Source of the DNA: an uncultured Gammaproteobacteria bacterium | Lineage (GTDB): Bacteria; Patescibacteriota; Microgenomatia; UBA8517 | Reading direction: 5' to 3' | DNA: 64,000 bases | Assembly: GCA_965231135.1 (NCBI GenBank) | Contig: OZ246419.1 | Span: 641,488-705,487 of the forward strand | Shown: positions 38,374-48,159 of the stretch, piece after piece | Layout of the letters: each line of letters opens with the position of its first letter | Numbering within the stretch: the first letter of the stretch is position 1 | Made by a program: the position numbers and the translations under genes | The notes under the pieces: model-generated | Told to the model about the DNA's origin: nothing | What the model saw: the letters and a program-made list of their open reading frames with translations, nothing else | The model's database searches: none

Positions 38374-40289
38374 TTACAGTTTCAAGATATCCAGATAATC
38401 CAATTTTGAAACCAAACCCGACAAACCCATGGGAATCAAGCGCAGTTTTTAACGGAAGCATTTGCAAAATAAATGATAATTACAACATTCTTTACAGAGC
38501 TCAAGGTAAAAAGATTTTTGTAAAAGGAGCTGAACTTTCAATCTCTGTTATCGGAAAAGCGGAAGGATCTGATGGAATAAATTTTAGTAAAAACCAGATT
38601 TTTATAAGAGGCAGCGAAGACTGGGATCAGTTTGGATGCGAAGACCCTCGCGTCACAGAAATTGACGGCGAATATTTTACTTTTTATACAGCTTTAAGCG
38701 AATTTCCTTTTAATGCAAACGGGATAAAAGCCGGGCTTGCAATTTCAGATGATTTGAAAACAGTAAAAGAAAAACATTTAGTGACGCCGTTTAATGCAAA
38801 GGCGTGTGCTTTGTTTCCTGAAAAAATAAATGATAAATATGCTGTAATACTTGCGACAAATACAGATTTACCTCCTTCGAAGATCGCTATCGCGTATTTT
38901 GACAAAAAAGAAGATATTTGGGACCACGAAAAATGGAAAGACTGGTATAAAAATATTGATGAACATACACTTCCACTTCTTTGGAGTAATATGGACCAGG
39001 TTGAAGTTGGCTCAACGCCAATTAAAACTCCATACGGTTGGCTTTTGATTTATTGTTATGTTTTGGATTATTTTTCCCCCAGGCGGCAATTTCAAATAAA
39101 AGGAGTACTTCTTGATTTGAATGATCCACAAAAAATAGTTGGAGCAGTAAAAGATGCTTTTCTCGTTCCAGAAACTGACTATGAATTAAATGGTAATGCG
39201 CCAAATACTATTTTTCCAACTTCTGTAATTATAGAAAACGGGACTTTATCTATTTATTACAGCGGAGCTGATACAACAATTTGCTTAGCGACTGTTGCAA
39301 TGGAAGAACTTTATTCCCGTATCCGAATAAATAATGTTGTCCCAATACATATGGAAAAACTTACTGGAAATCCAATACTAACTCCGGAGGGAGGGAAAGA
39401 ATGGGAGGCAAACGGTGTACTTAACCCTGCAGCAATACTTCTTGATGGCAAAACATATTTAATTTATCGAGCAGTTGATAAAAATAGTGTTTCCCGGATG
39501 GGGCTTGCCATCTCAACTGATGGAGTAAAAATTGATGAGAGGCTTCCTGACCCTATTTATTCTCCTCGCGAACCTGAGGAGAAAATGGGCTGCGAAGATC
39601 CAAGAGTTACCTTGATGGATAATAAAATTTATATGTGTTACACAGCTTACGAAGGAGACAATACTGTGCGAGTCGCGCTCACTTCAATAACTGTAGAAGA
39701 TTTTTTAAATCGGAAATGGGACGCCTGGACTAAACCAGAACTTGTGACAGCTCCAGGAATTTATGATAAAGATGCATGCCTTCTTCCTGATAAAATTTCT
39801 GACAAATATGTGTTTTTTCATCGCATAACGCCTGGAATTTCAATTGATAAAAGCGAATCTTTAACTTTTGGCGAAGGAAAGTGGCTTGCGACAAAGTCTT
39901 ATATAATTCCTCGCAAAGGAATGTGGGATGATGAAAAAATTGGAATCGGACCAACGCCAATAAAGACAACAAAAGGGTGGCTTCTTATTTATCATGGAAT
40001 TTCGACAATTGATCACTGGTACCGAGCTGGAGCAATGCTTCTTGATATAAAAAATCCACAATTAGTTGATGCACGTACAAAATATCCAATTCTTGAGCCA
40101 AGCGAGGAATGGGAAAAGGTAAACGGACGAGGAATTGTTTTTCCTTGCGGCGTGGTTGAAATTGGAGACTATTTATATGTGTATTATGGTGCTGCAGATA
40201 AAAACATTGGAGTTGCCAGAGTAAAATTCTCAGACTTACTTGATTATTTAGTTAATCAAAGTTACAGGAAGTTTTTGAAATACAAATAA
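38370..40289 (+). CDS. Tandem two-domain GH130-like glycoside phosphorylase/hydrolase
   Basis: Two copies of NPIL.P...W...V.N, GCEDPRVT, PIKT..GWLLIY, YY.AD. Confidence 0.9.
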   Translation: MITVSRYPDNPILKPNPTNPWESSAVFNGSICKINDNYNILYRAQGKKIFVKGAELSISVIGKAEGSDGINFSKNQIFIRGSEDWDQFGCEDPRVTEIDGEYFTFYTALSEFPFNANGIKAGLAISDDLKTVKEKHLVTPFNAKACALFPEKINDKYAVILATNTDLPPSKIAIAYFDKKEDIWDHEKWKDWYKNIDEHTLPLLWSNMDQVEVGSTPIKTPYGWLLIYCYVLDYFSPRRQFQIKGVLLDLNDPQKIVGAVKDAFLVPETDYELNGNAPNTIFPTSVIIENGTLSIYYSGADTTICLATVAMEELYSRIRINNVVPIHMEKLTGNPILTPEGGKEWEANGVLNPAAILLDGKTYLIYRAVDKNSVSRMGLAISTDGVKIDERLPDPIYSPREPEEKMGCEDPRVTLMDNKIYMCYTAYEGDNTVRVALTSITVEDFLNRKWDAWTKPELVTAPGIYDKDACLLPDKISDKYVFFHRITPGISIDKSESLTFGEGKWLATKSYIIPRKGMWDDEKIGIGPTPIKTTKGWLLIYHGISTIDHWYRAGAMLLDIKNPQLVDARTKYPILEPSEEWEKVNGRGIVFPCGVVEIGDYLYVYYGAADKNIGVARVKFSDLLDYLVNQSYRKFLKYK

Positions 40290-40290
40290 A

Positions 40291-40530
40291 TTAGTTATTA
40301 ATAAGTTTATTAACTCTATTTTCTAGGTTTTCAAATTCTTTACGAGTTGGAGTATCATCTTCAAGATATGCGACAGATTCACCGATTTTATTGAGTCTTT
40401 GATTTACTTTTTTAAAGTTTTCATCGACTTTTTTAAATTTGTCGTTCATTTCGTTTCTTAAGTCTTTTATTTCATTTCGTAAGCTAGAAACTGTGTCAAA
40501 GATTGCCTGGAGCATTTGATTATTGGTCAT
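40291..40530 (-). CDS. Small coiled-coil hypothetical protein
   Basis: FKKVD/N repeats, TPTRKEF, LENRVNKL. Confidence 0.65.
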   Translation of the reverse strand: MTNNQMLQAIFDTVSSLRNEIKDLRNEMNDKFKKVDENFKKVNQRLNKIGESVAYLEDDTPTRKEFENLENRVNKLINN

Positions 40531-40544
40531 GATTTATTCTAGCA

Positions 40545-41075
40545 TTAATTGCCTAGAATTTGCTCAACTTTGAGAAGTTCAACCTCAAAGACTAACGTTG
40601 CATTTCCTGGAATAGATGGAGGAGCACCATATGCTCCATAACCCAAATCTGGAGGGATAACTAATTTTCGTTTTCCTCCAACTTTCATGCCGGCAACGCC
40701 TTCATCCCAGCCTTTTATTACTTCACCTGCTCCAAGATCAAAACTAAAGGGAGTTACGTGTTGAAATTTTGGATCTGTATTTGAATCAAATACAGTACCG
40801 TCTGTTAATGTACCTGAATAATTTACCGTAACCATTTTACCGGCAACTGCGGTATCGCCTGTTCCAACCACCTCGTCTGTGATTTGCAATCCGTTTGGAG
40901 TTGCCGAACTTGTAGCACTTGGTGTTTGATTTGAATTATCGTTCATTGTTGTAATTGTAGGACTTGGTGAATTATTTACACCTTCGTCTCCACCAACTTT
41001 AACATTTCGAACAACAATTGCAAGCACTGCAATTATTGCAATTATTGCGAACACCACTTTCGCTGAAACCTTCAT
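40545..41075 (-). CDS. FKBP-type peptidyl-prolyl isomerase, membrane-anchored
   Basis: [47 protein letters not shown]. Confidence 0.95.
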   Translation of the reverse strand: MKVSAKVVFAIIAIIAVLAIVVRNVKVGGDEGVNNSPSPTITTMNDNSNQTPSATSSATPNGLQITDEVVGTGDTAVAGKMVTVNYSGTLTDGTVFDSNTDPKFQHVTPFSFDLGAGEVIKGWDEGVAGMKVGGKRKLVIPPDLGYGAYGAPPSIPGNATLVFEVELLKVEQILGN

Positions 41076-41179
41076 AAAAGAATAATAACTTATATTTTTT
41101 GTAGTCACAAGATAATAAATTTATGTGTTATATCTGGCGATATATGGCAATATTTGGCAAGATCTGGTAGCATTAGGTA

Positions 41180-42160
41180 ATGATTATTCCTCCAAAATAT
41201 TTCTTGACCCCACAAATAAGCAAACTGCTTGCTGAGATTGAAGCCAACAAAGAAGTCGTAGATTCGATCCCGGTTCCAATTGAAATAGAACAAAACTTAA
41301 GGCGCAAATCTACGCTTGCAAGCTCTGTTTTTTCTGCGCGAATTGAGGGAAATCCAACAACGCTTGAAGATTTTGCACACCTTCCTTCAAAAGACCAGAA
41401 AAGAGTTGAAGTAAATAATATTTTAAGAGCAATTAACTGGATTTTTGAGCGAAGTGGCAGGGATATCACAGTAAAGGATATTTTAAATCTGCATTCTATA
41501 ACCATGAAAGGAATCGAATATGAAGAGCTTGGGAGATTTAGAAAAAAACACGAAGGAGTGTTTGCAGCAGGAGGCGTAATGATTTATCACACTCCTCCAC
41601 CTTCTCATGTCCCTAAATTAATTGACAGACTTATCAAATATGCAAATGCAGACAGGGAAACTTTTGCGCCGATTAGAGCTGTGATTTCTCATTATGCATT
41701 TGAAAAAATTCATCCCTTTGCAGACGGTAACGGCCGCGTTGGCAGGTTGTTTTTACTTATGATACTTGCTAAAAGCGGCTACGGATTTAAAGGAATTTTG
41801 CCTTTTGAAGAAATGATTGATAAAAGGCGCGAAACTTATTACAAAATGCTTGAAGAAAGCGAGCGTGATATTACAAATTATATAGAGTTTATGCTTGAGA
41901 CAATTCGCGATGCATCAAGCGCTACTAAGAAAAATATTTTACAAAAACAGGAGCCGCAAGTTGCTGATTTTTTGCTTCCGAGGCGGGCTGAGATTTATCA
42001 AATTATAAAAGAGCAGAAATTAGTTAATTTTGATCAGATCCGAAGAAGATTTAGAGATGTTAATGAAAGAACTTTAAGATATGATTTGAAAAAACTGCAA
42101 GATGGAGGGCAAATACGAAAAAGAGGAAGTACAAGAGGAGTTTATTATGAAGTTATTTAG
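41180..42160 (+). CDS. Fic family protein (N-terminal inhibitory motif) with C-terminal wHTH
   Basis: SARIEGN inhibitory motif, HPFADGNGRVGR, ERTLRYDLKKL. Confidence 0.92.
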   Translation: MIIPPKYFLTPQISKLLAEIEANKEVVDSIPVPIEIEQNLRRKSTLASSVFSARIEGNPTTLEDFAHLPSKDQKRVEVNNILRAINWIFERSGRDITVKDILNLHSITMKGIEYEELGRFRKKHEGVFAAGGVMIYHTPPPSHVPKLIDRLIKYANADRETFAPIRAVISHYAFEKIHPFADGNGRVGRLFLLMILAKSGYGFKGILPFEEMIDKRRETYYKMLEESERDITNYIEFMLETIRDASSATKKNILQKQEPQVADFLLPRRAEIYQIIKEQKLVNFDQIRRRFRDVNERTLRYDLKKLQDGGQIRKRGSTRGVYYEVI

Positions 42161-42491
42161 CAGGTATCCTTGAAATAGTAATTCTGGCTTCTGACATTTC
42201 TCTCATCTTACTTTCATGTCTTTTGGTTATTTCTTCCTGTTCTTCTATTAATAAAATTAACGCTTCTTCTTTTTCTTCGTTAGTTGAAGTATTTATTCTT
42301 TCTTGGATGTCATCGTATTGCAAACGTTTTTGGTTATATGTATTTTCATTCTCTGGTGTAGGTTGTTCTAATAAGTTCAACAAAGCTAAATCTTTTTGCA
42401 ATCCAACTTTATAAAGTTCATGAACATGGGCTAACAAATTTTTAGCTGGATTATTTTGTTTTTGAATTTCTGGTTTTTGATCTGGTGACAT
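42153..42491 (-). CDS. Hypothetical helical orphan protein
   Basis: 112 aa, starts MSPD. Confidence 0.55.
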   Translation of the reverse strand: MSPDQKPEIQKQNNPAKNLLAHVHELYKVGLQKDLALLNLLEQPTPENENTYNQKRLQYDDIQERINTSTNEEKEEALILLIEEQEEITKRHESKMREMSEARITISRIPAK

Positions 42492-42526
42492 AAGTGGATT
42501 ATATTATAAGTTTTATTTACTTACAA

Positions 42527-43711
42527 TCATTCCAAACTCACAACTTTTTCTGGCTTTTTGAAGATTTGGTAACCAACATAAACACAGACTAAACTCAAAA
42601 GTGCTCCTCCTAAAAATGGGCTGGCCACGCTAAAGACACTGGCCATTAATCCGCCAATAATCGGGCCAAAGATTGTACCGATACTTGCATAGCTTTGGTT
42701 TATTCCCATAATTTCTCCCTGAGATTTGAAATCAACTTCTTTTGATAGTAAGGATGCAATTAAAGGCTGGACAAAAGAGTTTGAAAGAGAAATAAAAATG
42801 GATGTGATCACAAAGAAAAGATATGAATGTGCTATGAAAACTCCGAAAAAGCCAACAACTGAAATAATTAATGCCTGTATCATCAGTTTTTTGTCAGCAA
42901 TACGCTTTGTCAATTGCGGAATCAAAAAACCTTGGGCAACTAAGCCGACAATTCCAAAAATAACAAAGTTTAGAGCAATTACAGTATCTGATAAACCTAA
43001 AACGCTTTTTGCGAAAGGATTGTATGCATAAATAAGGAGACCAAAAGCAAGAGCATAAATCAAACCAACCATGAGCGTTGAACCGACGTTTTCGTCAACA
43101 ATTGATTTTGCGAGCTTTGGAAAATCAAATAACTTTCTCTGGTTTACTTGGCCAATGTGCTGGTTAGTTTCTGGAAGCATAAACCAGGTTATAACTACTG
43201 AAATAAACGTAATGACGGCTGCAATTATAAATGGCAAAGATGGATTAATTCCCACTGTTAAAGCTGAAATTGCAGGGCCGAAAACAAATCCAAAACCAAA
43301 AGCTGCTCCAATTATTCCGAAGCCTTTTGCCCTGTCTTTTGGCTCGACGGTATCTGATATAACAGACATGGCGACAGGAACATTCCCAGCAGTAAGACCA
43401 TCAAGAGCGCGAGCTATAAATAAAAAGATAGCGCTCGGAGCAAAAGCCATGGTCAAAAATGATAAAACTGTTCCAGCCAAGGAAAGAATTAAAAGAGGCC
43501 TTCTGCCAAAGCGGTCAGAGAAATTTCCTATCACAGGAGATGATAAAAATTGACACAATGAAAACAACGAAAACAACAGTCCATTTTGAAAATTACTTAA
43601 ACCAAAACGTGCAGCGTAGGAAAATTGAATAGGAATAATAATGCCGTATCCAAGGGCATTTACTATCGCGATAAGAGAAACAATTAATAACGGGCGGTTG
43701 TTTTTAAACAT
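42527..43711 (-). CDS. MFS transporter, TetA/DHA1-like
   Basis: GNFSDRFGRRP motif A, ARALDG, GFVFGPAI, LPET, 12 TM. Confidence 0.92.
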   Translation of the reverse strand: MFKNNRPLLIVSLIAIVNALGYGIIIPIQFSYAARFGLSNFQNGLLFSLFSLCQFLSSPVIGNFSDRFGRRPLLILSLAGTVLSFLTMAFAPSAIFLFIARALDGLTAGNVPVAMSVISDTVEPKDRAKGFGIIGAAFGFGFVFGPAISALTVGINPSLPFIIAAVITFISVVITWFMLPETNQHIGQVNQRKLFDFPKLAKSIVDENVGSTLMVGLIYALAFGLLIYAYNPFAKSVLGLSDTVIALNFVIFGIVGLVAQGFLIPQLTKRIADKKLMIQALIISVVGFFGVFIAHSYLFFVITSIFISLSNSFVQPLIASLLSKEVDFKSQGEIMGINQSYASIGTIFGPIIGGLMASVFSVASPFLGGALLSLVCVYVGYQIFKKPEKVVSLE

Positions 43712-43760
43712 TTGGCAACGAAGTTATATTTTAACCGATAGCAATTTAGAAGGTCAAGTG

Positions 43761-44291
43761 CTAAATTCCTTGTATCTTATTCATCAAGCATAAGCTGAAT
43801 GAAGTTACAATATTGGTAGGATTGCCATCTTTATCGCCAAAGTTCAATTTTAAAGCTAATTCCATACCTGCAAATACCATAGCATTAAATCCAGTTTTAT
43901 GATTCTCTTCAAACTTTTTAGTGTAATCAATTGTCATCAATAAACCATCAGTATCTTCAAGATGAGCTAGTTCCATACCTAAAAATTCTGGTAACGGCAT
44001 TTCTTCACCTGTAATACTCATTTTAGCTACTTCTGCCGGAAATAATTGCATTATACTTGCCTGTTCTTCTAATTTTGGTTTTAGTTGTTTATTTTTTTCC
44101 ACACGGGCTTGTAATTCTTCGTGATTTGGCAACACAGTTGTGTCTCTACTGGAAATTATCCTTATTGAATTATCTGCAATCATCCAATCTCTTTGATATT
44201 TACTTATCAAACGAGAAGTTGTTTTTGTTACAAAACTTCGAGATTGTTCATTTAAGTCAGCTTTTGATAATTGGCCTTCAAAATCTATCAT
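43761..44291 (-). CDS. Hypothetical orphan protein
   Basis: Likely start MIDFE with TATACT 7 nt upstream. Confidence 0.55.
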   Translation of the reverse strand: MIDFEGQLSKADLNEQSRSFVTKTTSRLISKYQRDWMIADNSIRIISSRDTTVLPNHEELQARVEKNKQLKPKLEEQASIMQLFPAEVAKMSITGEEMPLPEFLGMELAHLEDTDGLLMTIDYTKKFEENHKTGFNAMVFAGMELALKLNFGDKDGNPTNIVTSFSLCLMNKIQGI

Positions 44292-44336
44292 GATGCATAG
44301 TATAATGAATTTTATCCGTACGGACAAGCTTTGCTT

Positions 44337-44681
44337 ATGACAAAATACCAAGAATATTTTAATAACATGATTGCAAATAATAAGGAGCTTTTTGATGAAT
44401 TTAAACAAATTCACGACAGATATGGACTTGAAGAGGAGAAACTTCAAAAAGAATTTAATGAAATTGGGGCAAAAGTACAAACCGTAATTCGCCAATGGGA
44501 AGATAAACTTTGTGGACGAAGCGAAGGTTCAGGATATGCAAGTTATTCAGGAGGATTGGCACAGAAATTTCAAGATGAAGTGAGAAAAATGTTTCCTCTA
44601 ATTGACAATGTGGGAATAATTAGACAAGCCCCGGCACTTGTCGAAGAACCTGTATTTAATTTAAAGAAGATTAATTTATGA
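44337..44681 (+). CDS. Hypothetical helical protein
   Basis: WEDKLCGRSE...YSGGLAQKF; ATGA overlap with next gene. Confidence 0.7.
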   Translation: MTKYQEYFNNMIANNKELFDEFKQIHDRYGLEEEKLQKEFNEIGAKVQTVIRQWEDKLCGRSEGSGYASYSGGLAQKFQDEVRKMFPLIDNVGIIRQAPALVEEPVFNLKKINL

Positions 44682-45025
44682 AAAATTATAATTTGATCGT
44701 GAATAGTTTTGAAGTACCTGATCATATTCAGGGTGATCGAAAAGTTTTTTACATATTTGCTCGCAATGGAAATGAAGATCTGGGATCTTTATTTGGAAAA
44801 ACTATCAAAAATTCCGCGTTTGTTGAAATGTTGAATGTCGGATTAAATGAACGAGGAAATGGAATAGGGAGTGCCCTACTTAATAGATTTGTACAAGAAG
44901 CTAAAGAAAACGGGGCTAGAGATATTAGAGCAACAATTGGTTCGCTTGATATTCCTAAATTAGAAGAATTTTATAGAAAAAATAATTTCGAAATTGACGA
45001 TGAGTATGCAACAATGAGACTTTAA
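44678..45025 (+). CDS. GNAT acetyltransferase
   Basis: RGNGIGSALL acetyl-CoA motif, FYRKNNF. Confidence 0.85.
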   Translation: MKNYNLIVNSFEVPDHIQGDRKVFYIFARNGNEDLGSLFGKTIKNSAFVEMLNVGLNERGNGIGSALLNRFVQEAKENGARDIRATIGSLDIPKLEEFYRKNNFEIDDEYATMRL

Positions 45026-45520
45026 TTATTGATTGAAGTTAATATTGAAATCTACATTTGGTAAATTAAGATCGCTTTGCTTCACATCACTACTATTTAA
45101 TTGGCTTTGAAAACCGTTTAAGTCACTTTCGATTTTTAATACTCCGCTATCTGTTGCGTATCTGCTTGCATTTAAAATGATATTTGGAGCTGGAGTAACT
45201 GAAACTGGTGTTGGTGAAGGAGTCAGAACTGGAACTGTTTTTTTCTTAGGTCCTATTAAAAGAAGTAATAAAAATAAAATAAAAATAATTGCAAAGACAA
45301 TTGAAGCAATAATTACAAGCATTCGTGATCTTGGAGATAGATTATTAAATTTTTCTTTCCAGTTTTGTCTTAAATTATCAATTGTATTTTTGAAATTATT
45401 AAAATCTGTTGCCATTTGAGGAGATTGAACTGCGGTCTCCTGAGTATTTGTTGCTACTGGATTTGGAACAGGAGCTATCGGCTGTGGTGGTGTTATATTT
45501 TGGTTGTTTTGATTTTCCAT
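45026..45520 (-). CDS. Single-TM hypothetical protein
   Basis: Pro/Gln-rich N-terminus, TM, TPSPTP linker. Confidence 0.7.
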   Translation of the reverse strand: MENQNNQNITPPQPIAPVPNPVATNTQETAVQSPQMATDFNNFKNTIDNLRQNWKEKFNNLSPRSRMLVIIASIVFAIIFILFLLLLLIGPKKKTVPVLTPSPTPVSVTPAPNIILNASRYATDSGVLKIESDLNGFQSQLNSSDVKQSDLNLPNVDFNINFNQ

Positions 45521-45529
45521 AATTTATTT

Positions 45530-46327
45530 TTAATTTGATTTTATTTCAGCAATTATTTGCAACATTTCCTGATTTGCTTCTTTAAGATATGAATTTGAAT
45601 CGCTTAAATTACTTTGAGAATCTTCAAAATCGTTATCCAGCTGATTATCATTTGGCTTTGCAGAATTAATATTGTTGACTGCGTCGCTATCTTTACTCTC
45701 GCTTCTACTTATTTTATCCTGAACATCAATTAAAGATCTTGAAACAACTGTTACATCTTTATCCTGATTTGCTTTTATTTCATCAATTTTTGCAGAAAGG
45801 GTTGTGATTTCGTTTGATAACTCCCCTCTTATAAAAGAATTATTAGCTGCGCCAATTGTTATCAAACTTCTGTAAATTAAATCAAGAGTGGAACTTTTAT
45901 ATTGATCTTGAGCTTCGTTGCTGTCATTAACCAGGTCGTTTAGAGTTGAAGCAGAAGGAATACGGCTTGCATGATTTTGGTACCAGGAAATTTCAGTATT
46001 AATTTGGCCGGTTAATGAGCTTTGATCAGTACTATTTATCCCTACCGTAGAAGATAGTTTAGTGCGAATTGCTGTCAAATAATTTATAAATACTGCATCA
46101 CGGCTTTGAAGCATTTGAGAAGTTGCCTGAATCGCTTTATCCTGACTATCAATACTTCCTGAAGCAATATATGTTGCACGAGCTGTTAAATAAGCGTCAT
46201 GAGCAGCGTTATAAGTTCCTGTTTGATTAATATAATTTTGATAATCAGAAGCATAATCAGCATGGACAATGAGTGTAAAAGTAGAAATTAAAAATAAAGA
46301 AAGAAAAATTACAGAAAACTTTTTCAT
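45530..46327 (-). CDS. Secreted helical/coiled-coil protein
   Basis: Signal peptide ending VHA-D. Confidence 0.75.
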   Translation of the reverse strand: MKKFSVIFLSLFLISTFTLIVHADYASDYQNYINQTGTYNAAHDAYLTARATYIASGSIDSQDKAIQATSQMLQSRDAVFINYLTAIRTKLSSTVGINSTDQSSLTGQINTEISWYQNHASRIPSASTLNDLVNDSNEAQDQYKSSTLDLIYRSLITIGAANNSFIRGELSNEITTLSAKIDEIKANQDKDVTVVSRSLIDVQDKISRSESKDSDAVNNINSAKPNDNQLDNDFEDSQSNLSDSNSYLKEANQEMLQIIAEIKSN

Positions 46328-46393
46328 CTATAAATATGATACTGGAATTATTGACTTTTGCAAAATAATTATTTATTATAGGAGTCCGTAAAT

Positions 46394-47530
46394 ATGTCAC
46401 CAAAACTTGAAAGGTTTAGTGAACGCTTGGGAGATTTAACCCAAAAAGCCATAAATAGAAAAACAGATGCTTTAAAAACAGAAGCTCATCGTGCAATTGA
46501 CGAAAACAATTATGGTGTTTTGAACTCTGTGACAGGTTCTCTCGCTTCACTTGATTTCACTGCTCGAGCTAGACTTGAACAAATTCTATCTGATTACACA
46601 AATTTTATTCAAGAATATGGAATCAACGAAGAAGATTTCAACTTAGAAGAATTCATGGAAGGACTAGCTGGCCACATTACTTCAAAGGAAACTATTCAGA
46701 AAAACACTAAAGTTAGGCCTTTTATCCTGTCTACGCTTATTATGAAAAACAATGATGGAACTTTTAAATACAGGAAAGAAGATATTGTTGTTTTAGCTAG
46801 TGACAAATTTAATATGCCTGAAGAAAAAGCAACTAGATCGTTATTACACGCTAGGTTACACGTTAAAGATACAATTGAAAAAGCTGTTATCGCTAAACCT
46901 GAAATACGAACTGTTAGAGATTTTCGAGACTATTTCGAGAGACCATCTAAAAGTGGTCAGTCGACACTAAAAGATTTTTATGAAAACGCAGCAACAATAT
47001 ATGGAGAATATTTAGTAACTGATTTTATAGATCAAGTTTTATATAGAAGAGAACCAGATAAAACAGATGAATTAACTGCACAAATTGAGCCAATTCATGA
47101 AATTAGACTAAGTACTGCCTTACTTGAGAACGAGCATATAGAGAAAATAGAAAGCTTATTCAATAAAGGTTTTGGTCATATATTAATTGATAATGGTTGG
47201 AGTGAAAGCGTCAACTGGGAAACTTGTGTTAGAAGGAGCCAGGAAGCTGCAACCAAAAAAAGACCTGTAAACATATCAGATTCTCAAAAAAAACATGATT
47301 TAACTGCTGCAAGAGAATTTATAGAAAATTATGTCGAAGAGTTAACAATAAATCGAAATAAATATTCAAGAGTCATGGATTTGAGAGGGCATCATGGTTT
47401 CAAGGTATTATATTGTCTTTCTGGAGAGTTCGTAAACCGTCCAGATTTGGCTGCACAATTACTACACATTCTATTTCCAACTCATACATACGAGCTTAAA
47501 AATAACGGTGAAATAAAAAGAATAAGTTAG
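46394..47530 (+). CDS. Large hypothetical orphan protein
   Basis: 378 aa; TTGACT-17-TATTAT promoter upstream. Confidence 0.7.
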   Translation: MSPKLERFSERLGDLTQKAINRKTDALKTEAHRAIDENNYGVLNSVTGSLASLDFTARARLEQILSDYTNFIQEYGINEEDFNLEEFMEGLAGHITSKETIQKNTKVRPFILSTLIMKNNDGTFKYRKEDIVVLASDKFNMPEEKATRSLLHARLHVKDTIEKAVIAKPEIRTVRDFRDYFERPSKSGQSTLKDFYENAATIYGEYLVTDFIDQVLYRREPDKTDELTAQIEPIHEIRLSTALLENEHIEKIESLFNKGFGHILIDNGWSESVNWETCVRRSQEAATKKRPVNISDSQKKHDLTAAREFIENYVEELTINRNKYSRVMDLRGHHGFKVLYCLSGEFVNRPDLAAQLLHILFPTHTYELKNNGEIKRIS

Positions 47531-48159
47531 TAGGTAACTTTGATCCTTCCACTATCAACAAAAGCAGTTGAACCGTTTAAAGATTTTACTTGAATTACAT
47601 AAGTATTATTCCCGCTCCAGAATTGTAAACTTCCGGAAATCACATCAGTTGAAGTGCTGGTATTACTGATATTTATTTCTGATCCATTTACTGCAATATT
47701 GTGAGTTGTGTCATATATCCTTGCGAAGGTTTCGCCGCTGCCATTATCAACTCTTAAATTTGCATCCCAAATTACATACGGGAGTTTATCGCCTTGCGGC
47801 GTACCATAGTCGTTAATATTAAAATTAAATTGAGAGCTGTTTATTGTTGTCCAATCTGTATTCTGAGTTGAACCACCAGTTAATGGTATATAGGTAATTT
47901 GAGTAATAGGCTTTGCTGTAGCAATGGCTTTTGGAGAAGCTGTTGGAAAAACTGTAGACGTTGCAATTGGAGAGTTTGTAGGAGATGAAGTTTGCTGTAC
48001 TGGATTATAAACAACTGGAGTTTGAGTCTGGACTGGAGTATTTAAATTATTTTTAAGCTGGAGAATTTCGACTTGCGTAAAAATAAAATTACCAATGAAA
48101 AAGAAAGTAAGAATAAAAATTACAACCCAAATTGCCTTATCATGATGATTTATCATCAT
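47527..48159 (-). CDS. Single-TM exported protein
   Basis: TM, Thr/Pro linker, beta-sandwich end; overlaps cysS 3' end. Confidence 0.7.
   Translation of the reverse strand: MMINHHDKAIWVVIFILTFFFIGNFIFTQVEILQLKNNLNTPVQTQTPVVYNPVQQTSSPTNSPIATSTVFPTASPKAIATAKPITQITYIPLTGGSTQNTDWTTINSSQFNFNINDYGTPQGDKLPYVIWDANLRVDNGSGETFARIYDTTHNIAVNGSEINISNTSTSTDVISGSLQFWSGNNTYVIQVKSLNGSTAFVDSGRIKVTY

Noticed and set aside
41180-42491. Second Fic toxin-antitoxin pair
   Set aside because: This Fic carries its own SARIEGN inhibitory motif and the neighbour is convergent, not cotranscribed
43761-44495. Long N-terminal extensions in the ORF track (also 26096, 18735, 15252, 55640, 63456)
   Set aside because: They overlap real neighbouring genes or the tRNA; internal ATGs have promoter or coupling support
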